Below are positions 1 through 13,150 of a stretch of 64,000 nucleotides of DNA, one piece after another. Each line of letters begins with the position of its first letter. The stretch's first letter is position 1. Origin of the DNA: Perna viridis. Lineage: Eukaryota. The notes under the pieces are model-generated. The model saw nothing but the letters and a program-made list of their open reading frames with translations. It had not been told where the DNA came from and ran no database searches. The DNA lies in assembly GCA_037379345.1 (NCBI GenBank), contig CM074512.1, positions 59,231,597-59,295,596 on the forward strand, given 5' to 3'. The position numbers and the translations under genes were made by a program.

Positions 1-1257
1 TATACACTGACATATCTTTGCACTTCCTATGTCTTAGTAGGGGGCAAACTCTACAAGGAAAATGTTTACCATAGATTTATGATTATATGGCTGACTTTTA
101 AAAACCATTCACGTTTATTCAAATCATGATAAGAGCAAAACTATCACAATTCTAAAGTGGGACAACAAAAATCTTTTTGGCATTGAATACAGGTGTAATC
201 CTTCCAAAACAGCATAAAACCCCACAAAATGTCTATGATTATCTCTTATTCAGGCCAGTGCCAATCAAGTCTCTATACTGGCTCTCCAATTGTGTTCGAA
301 AGATAAAAAAAGACAGCTTTTCATGATTATAAGTGCTCTTTCATTTAAAGAAATAAGTGTAGACAGAAAATCTACATAATAAGGTAAACTGCATGTAGTT
401 AAATGAAATATAAACCCATGGCTCATGAAATGTAAGAGCAAGAGTATTGAAACCAAATAGGGTATAATTAAGGTATTCAAGAAACCAAGATAGGACTATA
501 AACCACCATTAATTCCCTGTATGGCTCATATGATTTTGCATACTTCAACAGATTTGCTAACAAGATTTTTGTAAATTTTGGTATAAGCTCACAAATCCTA
601 ATACTTTAAAATATTTATTCCTCTGGGTATAAAATGTAGCCCATTTTCTTTGTTTCATTTGCTAAGCAGATTAAAGATGATTTTTTTACAAGTAGTTACT
701 TTCCTTGGGCAAAAAGTTAACAAGTCAAACATCAAAGAAAAGCCAACAATTGATTGTGTTTAAAATATATGATAATCTTTAACTGTAATGATTTTACTCA
801 TTAAAAGGAATTAAGTGTATTAAGGTGTAGATATCTAATAAAAATTCTGGAGACCCTTTGTTTACCAAACTGACTAGAAATGTGTTGTAGAATGATAGAA
901 CTTATACTTGTTCTGCAAGTCATAGATTTTATTACATGTAAGTTTCTGAAACTTTGGATGTTATGGAACAGTTGAAACACATTTTTCATATTGAAATTCA
1001 CTCTTGCATTTTAATCATTTGCATAAAAACTGTGTTAACTTCAAGCATCCACAAAAGGAAAATATGTAACACAAAACTCAATAAGCATTTTGAAATTTTA
1101 TATTTGAATGAATAAAAATGTGTAAGTGTCAACAAAGAGTTTTCAATTATTGTTAAACATACATTCTATATATCTAGAGAAAGCAAATGTAAACACACAA
1201 ATGAGCAAGAAAATAAAAGAGCTGGTGACGGCTGTTTGGTGTTTGTTATTGTGTTTT

Positions 1258-2680
1258 AGTTTAAACATATTTTATTGCAAATAAAGCAGTAAGATTGGAC
1301 ACAAGTGAAATTCCACTTATAAAGTCCTCTCCAGCTAGATACAATTGACAAATGGTAGTTAGAGCATGATTTCATAATATACATGATTCGATATTATAGT
1401 ATGTGCATGTAAGGCAAAAAATATATAAAACAAAAAAATTTAAATAAAGGGTGGAGTATGTATATAAAGGGAGGAAAAGAAGAGGAAGATGAAAATTTTG
1501 ATGGAATTGAGAACACTATAACTCAACCACTTAAAAGTCTAGAAATCTGTCAGATCCTTTAATAAAGTTAAGGACATATTTGAATATTTTTGTCATCAGA
1601 CAGTTAAGAACTTCCACAAATGAGTATTCTTACGTCTATTTCCTGTCCTTCTGGAAGCCAATTAATTTTATATCATATCAGTATTAAATCTGCATATCTA
1701 ATTGTTAAATCAAATTTGTTCCACTCACCAATTGTGGAGGGGATGCATGACTCTGGGGTCAATGAAAGATGACAAAATAGAACTATAACGTCACTGTTCC
1801 GTAAGAGATATTGACTAATGTTTTGGATGGAAGGGGGACCAGTTTGGTAAGATATTCAGGGGCATATCATAAAACTTATGCAATCACCGTTTTCTTCATC
1901 ATTCATGCAAGGCTTCCCATCTTACCTCTCTATACAAAATCTCTTTACTTATGAATGTTGGTAGACCAGTTACAATTCTAGCTGCTTCAAGTTGTAAGCT
2001 TTCTAATTAATTAATATAGCCAGTACCATAATTACCCCAAACTTCACATGCATATTCATATAAGGGTCATATGAAAACAACATGCAGTTTCTCTAGATTA
2101 TGTCTGGAAATTTTAAATTTGAATCTATGAAGAACATTAAGGTGTTTCTTGACACTGATAATAATTGTTTTGACACGGCAGCCCCACTCAACGTCATCAC
2201 TAAAAGTGACACCAAGATGCTTATGAGTTTTTGACAAAGATATGTTTTTATCATTCATTGTAAATTTGAAATCTGGAACTGTGTTATTCAAGAACATCTT
2301 TATTTCCGTCTTCTCGGGATTGAAAGACATCACCCATTTAGAAGACCAATTATTCAAATCTTGATCAACTACATTTTAATGTGTTCTGTGCTTTGACTAG
2401 AAATATTTAAAGAGGTATCATCAGCAAATAATCTGCATAGGGAAAGGAGTTTGTCAGCAAAATCATTAATATAAATAATAAAAAGTAAAGGCCCCAAAAC
2501 AGAGCCTTGGGGGACTCCAGCTGAAACATTGCAAAGGGATGATGATGATTTATTTACCACTCATTGTTTTCTTGCATATAGATTTAAACCAGGTGAGTAA
2601 GCTTCCATTAATACCATAGGATTTCATTTTGTACATTTATGTCAGTCCTCTGTGCCTCTGTGCCATACCTTCTCAAAAGC
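1258..2680 (-). mobile_element. Decayed CR1-clade LINE, 3' part (reverse transcriptase C-terminal half plus 3' tail)
   Basis: ORF 2369-2560 gives VSAGVPQGSVLGPLLFIIYIND...LFADDTSL (non-LTR RT motifs 4-5). ORF 2067-2357 gives WSSKWVMSFNPEKT...KHLGVTFSDD. Frameshifts and stops separate them. A tail ending ...gcaataaaatatgtttaaa on the - strand lies near 1258-1335. Confidence 0.85.
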
Positions 2681-5600
2681 TTATTAATTGTGTAGTCATA
2701 TAAAGTTTTATCAAATGGAAAGAAAAGTTCCCTCAACTTTATGATAACCAGAAAGCATCTTCACGATAAAGTGTGATGAATGACATAATAACCAAAAGTC
2801 TATTCATTTAGACAAGTCAGTATAGCTTTATTACAATTTTGTCAGGTCAAAGCAAAATTCCAATTGGTATTACACTGCGTATGAGGAGATTTATGATTAA
2901 TTTATTCACCTCATCACAGCAGCTTCAAACAAGGAGCTTCTAGAAAATTAAAGTAGGTTATAAGTTGCCTTAAGAATGCCAATAATTATATATTTATGGA
3001 CCAAATGGTGGCCTTGGACTGACATTTTCATCCTGGAGGGGTTGTTGTCTCTTTGACATTCCTATTATGTATCGCTATCGTTATATTGTATATCCTTATA
3101 TATTAACTGTCTGCTAAAACCTGTGTAGGGCTACCTGTCACCATGGGCAGAAAAGTGGTAAATTGATTTTAAATAAATAATATCCTCTATTTTTATTTGC
3201 TATCACTAATGCTCATTTGTTTTCAAATTCAATACCCAAGATAATTAAGACAAGTTATTTTGATGTAAATTATTTTGAAGTTATAACCTGCTATGGACAT
3301 CGTTCAATGAATTCATGTGATCAATATCCATATTAAGAGAATTGTGACAAACTTAAAAGACATTGGTCCTTATGCATTTTATGGAGAAGTGCTCTCTGTA
3401 AATGAGCGTGACTTCCCCCAAAAAAATGATTTGGTACAAAATACATTTGTAAGAATGCATTTTTTTTATTTATGGTCATGCTACTTTCGCCCCACAAGGA
3501 GATTGGACTTCTAATGATTTTGATCATAGATTCATGGAGGTATGGTTTTCTTCATAGGGCAATTTTGTGTTTTTTTGTCCCTATCTTGTGTCATTTGTGA
3601 ACTTGATCATCTTATGTGATTAATTCCAAGGTTTCACATCTGTTCCAAATTGAACATGACCATTATCCTTCTAGTAAATGCAATTTCACACAGTTTTGAC
3701 CTTGTCCTAGTGCGAGTAGCAGTTGTTATTGAAAACTCGCTGAAATTACTTGAAATTCACCACTTTTATTCTTAAATAGACTGTCTCTTTATTTCTAGAA
3801 TTGTAAAACTGTTTATAAAAGGAGGAGTAAAATATTCAAACATGAAAATTACATTGCAAAAATAGGTGATACATGTAGTGAGTATATCCAAATCTTGATT
3901 TTAGAGTCATAAAACCAGTTTTATAAAAAAAAAATATCAGTATTGCAATAAAAACAATTCATAAAAGTGCATGAACTCCACAGAAATTTCTAAATAAAAA
4001 CTCAAATTAGACAAGTGAAATATTTTCCTTTTGTTTCTAAGCCTCATCTGTATATCAATACAGCTATATGTCATGTCTGTGTCCATGATGTTTGTGTACA
4101 CCCGTAAAGTTTGTCGATTACTTGCTAGAAAACCTACTTTATTTGAAAGAAATTCATTCATAAGCAGACTTTTGAATTCAAATGATCAACAAGGTACTAA
4201 GACTATTTTCAAATATTTGTTAATTAATAAGTACTCAAATAAATACAGCATTGAAAATTTCTTCAAGGGAGATAATAACAATGTATACTATTCTCTGTAG
4301 CTATTAATAATGATACAATATTATTCAATCTCAAAAGAGAACTTTTAACAATAGAATGAGATCTAAACAGTTTATCTTATATCAGAATGCTATATATCTT
4401 TTTCAAACTAAATATTACTCAATTACATAAAACATGTTTTTATCAAATTGAATCAAACTTAAATAAAATAGTTAAATGCAGAGAAATTAATATAACTTGA
4501 TATCTGGATGGAAATCTTTCTCCTTTCATTAAGATTTTTATTTTCTTCTGTAAATGTCAAATGGGATTTAAAAGTCATTAGGCATTTTATATACTTGCTT
4601 CTATAAGTTAATTGATATACTAATGAGTCTTAAATACTACAAAAATCTATTAAAGAGATTTAAGAAAGAAATCCAGGATTAGTTCTGAATCAGATTTGTT
4701 CTAACATATTTGGTATTTGGAAGAAAAGCCAGACAAACTTAAGCCCACATTTATTTTAATCCATGACATACATGCACTCCAATTTTAATTTTATCTCCCA
4801 TGAGATTTCAAGCCATGCTGCTTTCATATCTATGGTGACTGAGACATACGAATTCTTTGTCTGGAGACAATAAGGGAAATAACTTCTACTTACGTGTAGG
4901 TACTGGTAGCCACATTAACAAAATGATGTTTCCTTCCTGCTCATTATAAAATATTGCAATAATGTTTCATTGAAGGTACATGTTCATGTATATGAGCAAA
5001 AATACCCAAGTCAGTTCTATACATATGTATTTTACTTTGTCGTTGTACATCAGCATCCTAAAACTTATAAAGGTCTTTGATTTTAAATTATGTTGGCTGC
5101 TGAACACTATAATTTTTTGAGCAGAACAAACAACACTTAAATAAACAACTTGCAGGAAAAAACTCTATTCTCTACAGAACCATTTTAGATCCTGACATTG
5201 ACATTTTTATGGTACTAGTTCTATCTTTGCAGTTTGTTTACCATTTTGAAAATTACTGTTTTGCCATTACAAGATCTCAACTGCTTTGGACTAAGTTGGT
5301 TTTCTCTGCTGTGTAATTGTAACATAAAGACAATTACAGAGTACTGTCAGTGATTGATATAATAAATGCATGGCTCAAACCCATGATAATGCCTAGCTGA
5401 GCCTTGCACACATTAGAAGTCATGTCAGTACTGGATGTATGTTTCACCTTTTTTTACTAACAACATGACAAACAACAGGTTGTATGAAAAAAGATGCACT
5501 TGACTGCACTAACACTGACATACACAGCTTACTGTAATGTCATTTTTTAAACATTTTCTCATGGATGGACTTCCCATACCCTTCTCTTCTTACTAAAGCT

Positions 5601-5894
5601 GTCATATATATACAATGACTAATGTAAAACTCATTCATGATCTCTAATTACAATGATAAACTAATATAAGAAGCATTATGATAGAAAATGTCTCCATTAC
5701 TAAGGTAACCTAATTTTATGGATGAGTAAAAATGTTTACTACCAAAATAATAAATGTTTAGTTTACTTTGTATTTACCACATTTTATTCAGTAGCAAATC
5801 TGAAATGTCTTTATAAAACTTTTACAGTAGCAGACAGAGAAGATACCAGTTAGGATTTAATGAATAGCTACAAATGTAGTTTCTAAAAATTCAA

Positions 5895-6406
5895 GCCCCG
5901 TGCAGGTCCGGGTGTTAAAAGAATAGGCCTGCAGCAGCGCTAAGCTTGTCGTAAAAGGCGACTAAATAGTGCTCAGAAACCTAGCTGGGGGCTAGGCGCT
6001 CTGCCCACAGAGCAACTGGGATGTGTGCCCCAGGTGGTGGAATGGGGTACCCCTGGCGTGTTACATGCTGGGGTTGTCAGGCTATAATACGGTAAACCTG
6101 ACCGCAAACCATTGTGGTGCACCGTGATGGGAAAGATGCCACGTTCCTCGCACGTTAAAGAACCCTGCTGTGGTATTGGATAGGAGTAGGAACCTTTGCG
6201 CTCCGCCACAGGAGGCTAAATTGCCCGACCTTACCCATCCCCCCTTTTTTCCAGTGGCAATCAAAATTTGTCGACCCTATTATCCTTGTGACCCATCCTT
6301 TTTTTTTCATTTCATGTTCATTTTATCATCCATTTCATGTTCATTGTCTGAATATAGCTGAAATATTGCTGCTCGGACGTTAAACCCCAACAAACAAACA
6401 AACAAA
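5895..6406 (+). mobile_element. Apparently full-length SINE-like retroposon with (caaa)n tail and 12-bp target-site duplication
   Basis: GC-rich 512-bp island flanked by the exact direct repeat ctaaaaattcaa (5883-5894 and 6407-6418). The 3' end reads tatagctgaaatattgctgctcggacgttaaacccc followed by caaa repeats. Internal motifs cttgtcgtaaaaggcgactaaa and gcacgttaaagaaccc. Confidence 0.88.
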
Positions 6407-7800
6407 CTAAAAATTCAAAATGAGACATGGAAGTGCACATTGGGAACATCTTTCTAATTGTATTTATAGAAACTAATCACGGACTTCCAAGAATAGTTAA
6501 TTGTTTCATTACAAAACCTTTTTTATAAGTATTTTAAATTCAAAAGGCATTTCTTTTACTGATATTTAACTTAAGAAGTACCTTCATGTTGGTCCCTTTT
6601 CAAGGATTTCCAAATCTTAATACAGTAAAAAAATATTATCTAACGGCGATATTTGCAGTCAATGTGTGTGCGGCTTTGGTGAAATATCAGATTTAGTGGT
6701 TTTTGTATATTTCATAATTTTCAAACATTTAAATATTCATCCATCTGAATGACCTTTGAAGTTTTTGAAGCTTTTCAAACTAATCCAAATCGCTTAGAAC
6801 TGGATCACAGTTTTTTCTCCTTGACTGGTTCCCCATTGACATTACAAATCTTATCATAACCATTATCTAAACCAATAATTGTTGAATGATTGCTTCTCTT
6901 TATACTCAAATCTTCCTATTGAAAAAAAAGTGCAGGAATTTTATTTAAATTACTTTTTTTCTAAAAAGTTCACCACAGAGCCATGAAGGAGAAGAGAACT
7001 CTAGACAGACATATATTGTTTAAGTGGGTAGAGTCAGTCAATAAACTGTTCAATAATGAAGTTGATTAAATTACACTAAAGGTAATAGACATGTCTTTTG
7101 TTTGTAACTGTCAGTAGAGCTTTCCACACCATGAGACCAATTTTGAACTTTGAAGAAACATGAATTAAAGTACTATCAGAAGACAAAAATAATAATCTGT
7201 ATGTAAAAATACTACATTAAAGCATTCCAATAGTTAAGAATTTTGGATACATTATGAATATAAAGGATACTCATGGAAAATTACAACAGCTAGAAATCAT
7301 TAAGATGAAATCCATACCTGTGGGTCCCATTAAGCCAAATATCAAAAGCCCATATCATAAGACAAAAAAGTAACAGCTCAGACATGAGTTTATCACCAAA
7401 TAAATAAGGAATATGACCTTGAGGCCCAGACATGAATTTGTAACAGACGAATGGATGGACAGAGTAATCACTATAGCCATTTTTCATGGTGGGGCCCCAA
7501 TTAAAGCATTAAAAAAAAACTAAATAAATCCTTTCAATAAAAGCAAAAGTAGTACGTATAATGCACAATATAGTAAAATTAATTATTATACAGATAGCAG
7601 TTTTTTATCAAATGTCCCCAGTGAAATAAATTTCGATAATTCACACTGTGAAATAAATTTGGTAATTTCACTCTCAGACTTTCTCCCCCCGCCCCCCCCC
7701 CAAAAAAAAACGTCACAACTTTGAAATCAATCCCCTGCTCACAAATTTTGAAATTTATGTTGAAAATAGCAATGAATAATTGAGGAAATCTATATAATAA

Positions 7801-7975
7801 AATAGGATAATCAATTGGTTATTGTAGAGAACCAAAATATGATCACTTATGCCAAGAACGCAGTAAGATTTAACTCGTACGCATAACAAAATCTGCACAC
7901 TCGTTAAATCTATGTGTTCTTAGGCACTCATGATAATATTTTAGTTATTCTCTCCTTCCAATTAATTATCCCATT
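7801..7975. mobile_element. Fold-back MITE (~175 bp)
   Basis: Left end aataggataatcaattgg matches the reverse complement of the right end (aatgggataattaattgg) at 16/18. Inner inverted arms agatttaac / gttaaatct. Confidence 0.6.
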
Positions 7976-10927
7976 AAGAATTCCCTTCAATTGCTACACC
8001 CACCAATAATAGTGTTTTCAGCATTTTTGCTTTGGTAACTGTCATTTTTGGGTAAATTTTAGAATCATAACACTGATTTAATTGCCCTGAGTGAAATAAA
8101 ATAGGGTAGCTATTCACAAAATAAAAATCTCAATCAATTACATGTACAGCCAAAAATGGTATTTTAAATTTGGTTAAAATTGTCCATTTAATTTAATGTT
8201 TTAGGATTTTCCTGCAACTCACTGCTACTGGAGTATTCAACTTATCAAGTAACAAGATTTATTGAAATCTGTAAATCCACATTTATAATTTATAGTAATA
8301 TTAGTAAAACACAGAACATGCCATTAAAACCATAGAAACTTAAACATCCTTTTGATGTAGAAGCTGTGAAAACTTTAACAAAGGCTAATAAGATAAGAAG
8401 GTATCTGTTTTACCAACATCAATGTAACTCAGCCTAAATTATGGCTAGTGTTCTGACCCCAGATGTTCCAGTCATTCTTCAGTGGCATGACCTGCATGGG
8501 TTCTGGTTTTCATATCAATTTTACTGTAAGTGCATTCACTATTTATAATAAATTGGAATGCCCCTAGGTTAGTAACATTAAACAATACACAAGTCAGGTC
8601 AAATTTTCAACTTAACCATTTTTGACAAGACTAAGCCCTTACTCGTTTTGCAAGATTACAAAATGTATCTAATATGAGAAATTCTCCAAAAATTTAAGAG
8701 AAAGCAAAAATTTTGCAGAAATTAACAATAAAGAAATCCAAGCTATGAATAACTATACTAGTGAAAATGCTATTTTGATGCATATTAAATAATTTACATG
8801 TAAATTCATACATGCTCCATACGTAACTGTTCAAATAAACCAAAGAAAGGTTAAATACAATATGCAAATCATGGGGAAAATGTTCGATCTGTTTTGTTTG
8901 AGATTTAAGTCCCCACAAACAGCTATCAAACAAATCCTAAAACGAGTTTTTTAAAAATACATTTATATGATTTAAACCATACAAATCATTACTGGATGTC
9001 CGCTTCTCTAAGTATTTGGTATTGACAGAGTTAGTCACCTACGACGTAAAAGAATAGAAACAGACTTTTTCAGTTTATAAATGACATTGACAACCTCCCC
9101 CTAAGTAAACTAAACCCATACTAGGGCAGAATATGACTTTTCAATTCAGTTATTTGCATTTAATGAATATCAAAATATTTTGTCGACTACCCAAACAATG
9201 TTTTTTTTTCGGCATGACTTACATTATAAGCTAAAGGGGGGCTGTAAACAATGCTTTGTTGCGCTACTTAAATATCTAAGCTCAATATGTTTTATGCTTT
9301 GCCTATGGGGGACAGATCCATTTGCACTCAATTAACAATTAACTTAGTTGATAATGCCTTGATATGTTTTTATATCACTAAAGTCTTGACCAATGGGAAT
9401 ATGCAAGACTATTGTGCATCTGCATTTACTGTTAAAACAATAACTTCCTTACTGCATATGATACATGTAATTTCCATCATACATTATTTCTGACAAAATT
9501 ATTCTGAGTCATTCAATGTTTCACAGCATCTACACATATATGTCTTATATCCCTTACTCTATGTATAGGGTACTAATCATAGCAATAAACCTAAGTCATC
9601 GTTGAATTATCAAGATAACCAAAGGCCAAGGCTGAAAACATCCAATGTATAAGGAACCAAGGAAAAGTCAGGATTCAGCTACATAAAGAGAAAAAAAGAT
9701 TATAAAAATGTACTTTAATCATTTTTCAGACGTTTGCTGTGCATGAAAAGATAAAATCTTAATAATTAAAAAAAATGAAAACCTACATGGAAATGTTTGG
9801 TTTGAAATGAAATGTACACACACCCACATGTATTCAACAGGTGACAGAAACTTGCTTATCTACTATTCCAATATACTGTAATACAGGCTTTTCTAGAAAG
9901 AATGAGGGTAATAACAATATGGTATTACTGCATAATATTCATTAATCTAAGGAACTAAATAATTTTTAAGAGTGGTGTGATAAGGGCCACATTCCTGCAC
10001 TTCAATTGTAGTCACTCATCTGCAATTAAGCATAGTTTGCAGAATAGTTTTGAGTTTTACAGTTTTTATCTTAAAGGTTACACACCTACAAGATGATGAT
10101 CAATGGTTATTGTGTGGTTTTGAAGAAACCTAAGACTCGGAACATTTTCCGCTGGAATGCATGACTGTAGAATGAGTCAAATTAAAGTTTTTCTCCAAAA
10201 TTTGGAATGTATACTTTATGCTACATTCTCTCCAAAAGATCCAAGCCCCCCACCACCTCTTTTAAAATGGTCAGTGCTTAGCTCAAATTAAATGTAATTT
10301 TGAGAATATCAAATAAAAATCAAACTCCTTTGGCCCTGCATATTTCCATTATGTGTATTAACAACATGCAAAATATAAAACTTGTAGCTCAAAAACTGTG
10401 AGAGAAGATAGCAGGACAAGCTATGTACCCACTCACAAAACAGACAGATGGATGAATAGTATGTTAGACGATAGGGTATAATGTAATTACTGAGAATTTG
10501 GATCAAGATTCACATCATTTATACCTGAACAACAACCTGACTTGTCTAAGGAGTATTTAATGAACTATGCAAAATTGAAGGAATATAGAATGAAATATGA
10601 TGTAAACTACCATTATTAATTTAATAGTTTAATGAACCAAGGGTATCATGCACTCATACTATACAGTGTTCATCCTAAACCTACAGAATTACAGCTGCAA
10701 TCACTGCAATATATTTACTTCTCATCAAAATCGAATGTACAACTTTTAAATTTTAGCAAAATCTACAGTATGGCTAGAGGATAGATGTCAAAAACTACTA
10801 TTTCATCTATTTATCACTGAAGCATCACTTTGATGGTGTAGAAATAAAGAGAAATAGCACTCTTAATAGAGATAATTACTTGAGTATCCGCCTTAATAAA
10901 GATGTTCAGACATGTCTTAAGGATAAA

Positions 10928-11101
10928 TTAATAATCTCTGGAGTGTTCAAATCCTTGACAAACTATAACTGACTGCAAGATGTTGAGGTTTGCCTTTTTC
11001 GCTTCTACCAATGATACTATCCCATCATCAAAAAGTATTTCAAGGAAAATATCCTTCTCTCCAATATCAGAAATTACATATAATCTCAAAAACATGTCTT
11101 C
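10928..11101 (-). CDS. Probable terminal coding exon of the small secreted-protein gene (EDMFLRLYVISD...QGFEHSRDY*)
   Basis: Strong acceptor on the - strand (a T-run then ag|GAA at 11101). 57 open codons to TAA at 10928-10930 in phase 0, matching the phase-0 donor at 20756. The other two frames close early. Intervening exons cannot be excluded. Confidence 0.5.
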   Translation of the reverse strand, partial: EDMFLRLYVISDIGEKDIFLEILFDDGIVSLVEAKKANLNILQSVIVCQGFEHSRDY

Positions 11102-11353
11102 CTAAAAAAAAAACAAACCTAACACACAAATAAATATAGTTATCAAGCATCGACAACTCCCTTTTCTATCAATGGATCACTGTATCAGCAGCACTAAGCA
11201 CATGATACACATCTTTTCCAGTAATTTAAAAGTAAAATACAGAAGGTATTTTCCTTCTACCCCAATAGAAGTCCAAAAAATTATTAAATCCACGAAGACA
11301 CTTTTTGAGTAATCATATGACAGGTGGAATTAATGAACAAACAGAGGTATATG

Positions 11354-11966
11354 CAGGGGTTGAAAACTCCTAAAGACCAACACCCGGGACTAAAAAAATT
11401 GCACCTTGGACTTGCTGTTTTTCAATAAAATAAGTCTGTTGGGCATGGCAAATCTAAAAAAATAAAAACTATTTTTTGAAAGAGTTTGTCGTCATTTGGA
11501 CCATGTTTCTCGATCTATTCCCTGACCTATAAATAGTTATAACTTTATTTTTAGAATGGGTATTCACTAGATTGATCTATTGATTAGTCATTCTCAAGTT
11601 TGAATCACACCTGCGCTTGATCATATGCATTTTTTGACATACTACAAATTTTATTAATCAAGCGCTGGAATGATAAAGATCAAATTTTGTTGATAAACTT
11701 TTGAGGAAAAATATCGTTGCTCAATTACAATTTCAAGATTAAAAAAAAGCAGAAACAGAAAGCTGATGATAAGGCATCAGACCTGGAGACGGCATCAATT
11801 GACACTATGTCTTCTTCCCTGCAAACATAGAATTATACATAAGAATATCAGATAACAAAATTACATTTATATCGATTGGGACTTGACAAAACATTGTTCA
11901 AGCTTAGTGTACAAAAGGTGAAAAAGTACAGGGCTCGGGTGTTCCCAAAAAAATTGTGAACCCCTG
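11354..11966. mobile_element. Non-autonomous DNA transposon with hAT-like CAGGGG termini
   Basis: caggggttgaaaa at 11354 versus ttgtgaacccctg ending at 11966. No intact 8-bp TSD is visible. Confidence 0.45.
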
Positions 11967-12039
11967 ATGTGAATAATATCATACAACTATGTAGACTATC
12001 TCATAATAAGGTTAACAACAAAATTACCAAACACTTATT

Positions 12040-13150
12040 CGATCCATAATCAAGTCAAGTCCAAAATAAATCTGATAAAACAGACATTACACCACCGAGC
12101 AGATGGTACCGCAATAGCCCGGACTTGGTACAGGCATTTCAAATAAAATGGTGGGTTAAATCTGGGTTTTACAGTGTGCCAAACCACCCTCTTTAATTGC
12201 AGTGTGAATATACCATGGTAATAAAATACCATTTGGATGCTATAGTGTCATAATTGGTAAATCGGTGGTCATATCAGCATAAAGAATTATTTACAAAAAG
12301 CAATCATTACTCATTGTTTTAAAAGAAACAGTATTATTCAACCAAGGACTGATATTGAAAAAGAATTTGGTAAGAGACCTTTTGAGACGCATTTCCTCAT
12401 AGAACTGATTCAGGAGTCGGTTTTGCAGATACTTGCGTTCAAGAAATCGGAGTAGTAAGTACTTGCTCTAGCATAGCGAATCAATTGTGAAATATAGACA
12501 TCATATACAGGAGATGAAGGTATATTACTGCACAGGTAAGGAAAATCTATAATTTTAAATTAAAGTCATCTCTTTTATCATAAATCTTAGTGCCGAGACG
12601 ACCACTGTTGTTGAATTCAAGATGTATATTCCAAAAAGATGCTGGATAAGCTATTTCTGTAGTCTCTTTTTTCTTGAGCTTTGATGGATATATTGAAGGT
12701 GACGATTTACCAAAACAAGGGTTGTTAATGGACAATACATTAATAATTAAAGGATTTAGCACCTGAAGAAATTCAGTTTTGTATGAATATAAAAACAAGA
12801 TGGCTAATAGAGGAGCAAAGTTAGTACCCATTGGAATGCCAAATTGTTGCTGAAATATAGCTCCTCTAAATGTGACAAGTATATTATCAATGAGGAAATC
12901 AAGCATGCTGCAAACCTGCCCTATTTGTATCACACTTTACCCTTCTGAGATTTTTTTTAGAAAAGTATATAACCAAGAACAACATAATTTCTCAAATCAG
13001 CAAAAGATATATGAATAAGTCCTTTTAAATGAGATTTAAATTTATCATGTGGCAACATTGTGTAAAGAGTTGAAAAGTCCAAAGTTTGAAGAGAACTAAT
13101 TTCTGAAAAACTCTGGGATTTCAGGTTTTGAAGTAAATCTTTAGAATTTT
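12040..13150 (-). mobile_element. Decayed Penelope-like retroelement (RT C-terminal part plus 3' tail)
   Basis: The - strand gives DFSTLYTMLPHDK (~13030-13085), GIPMGTNFAPLLAILFLYSY...GRLGTKIYDKRDDF (ORF 12547-12933) and IPSSPVYDVYISQLIRYARA (~12470-12530), resembling PLE-type RT motifs. Deletions and frameshifts are present. Confidence 0.8.

Noticed and set aside
4894-5057. Segment bounded by an acceptor and a gtaagt donor on the - strand
   Set aside because: All three frames contain stops. It could be a non-coding exon, but the sequence alone cannot support that.
5973-6361. Three short ORFs of 60-78 aa
   Set aside because: They lie within the GC-rich SINE, which is non-coding.
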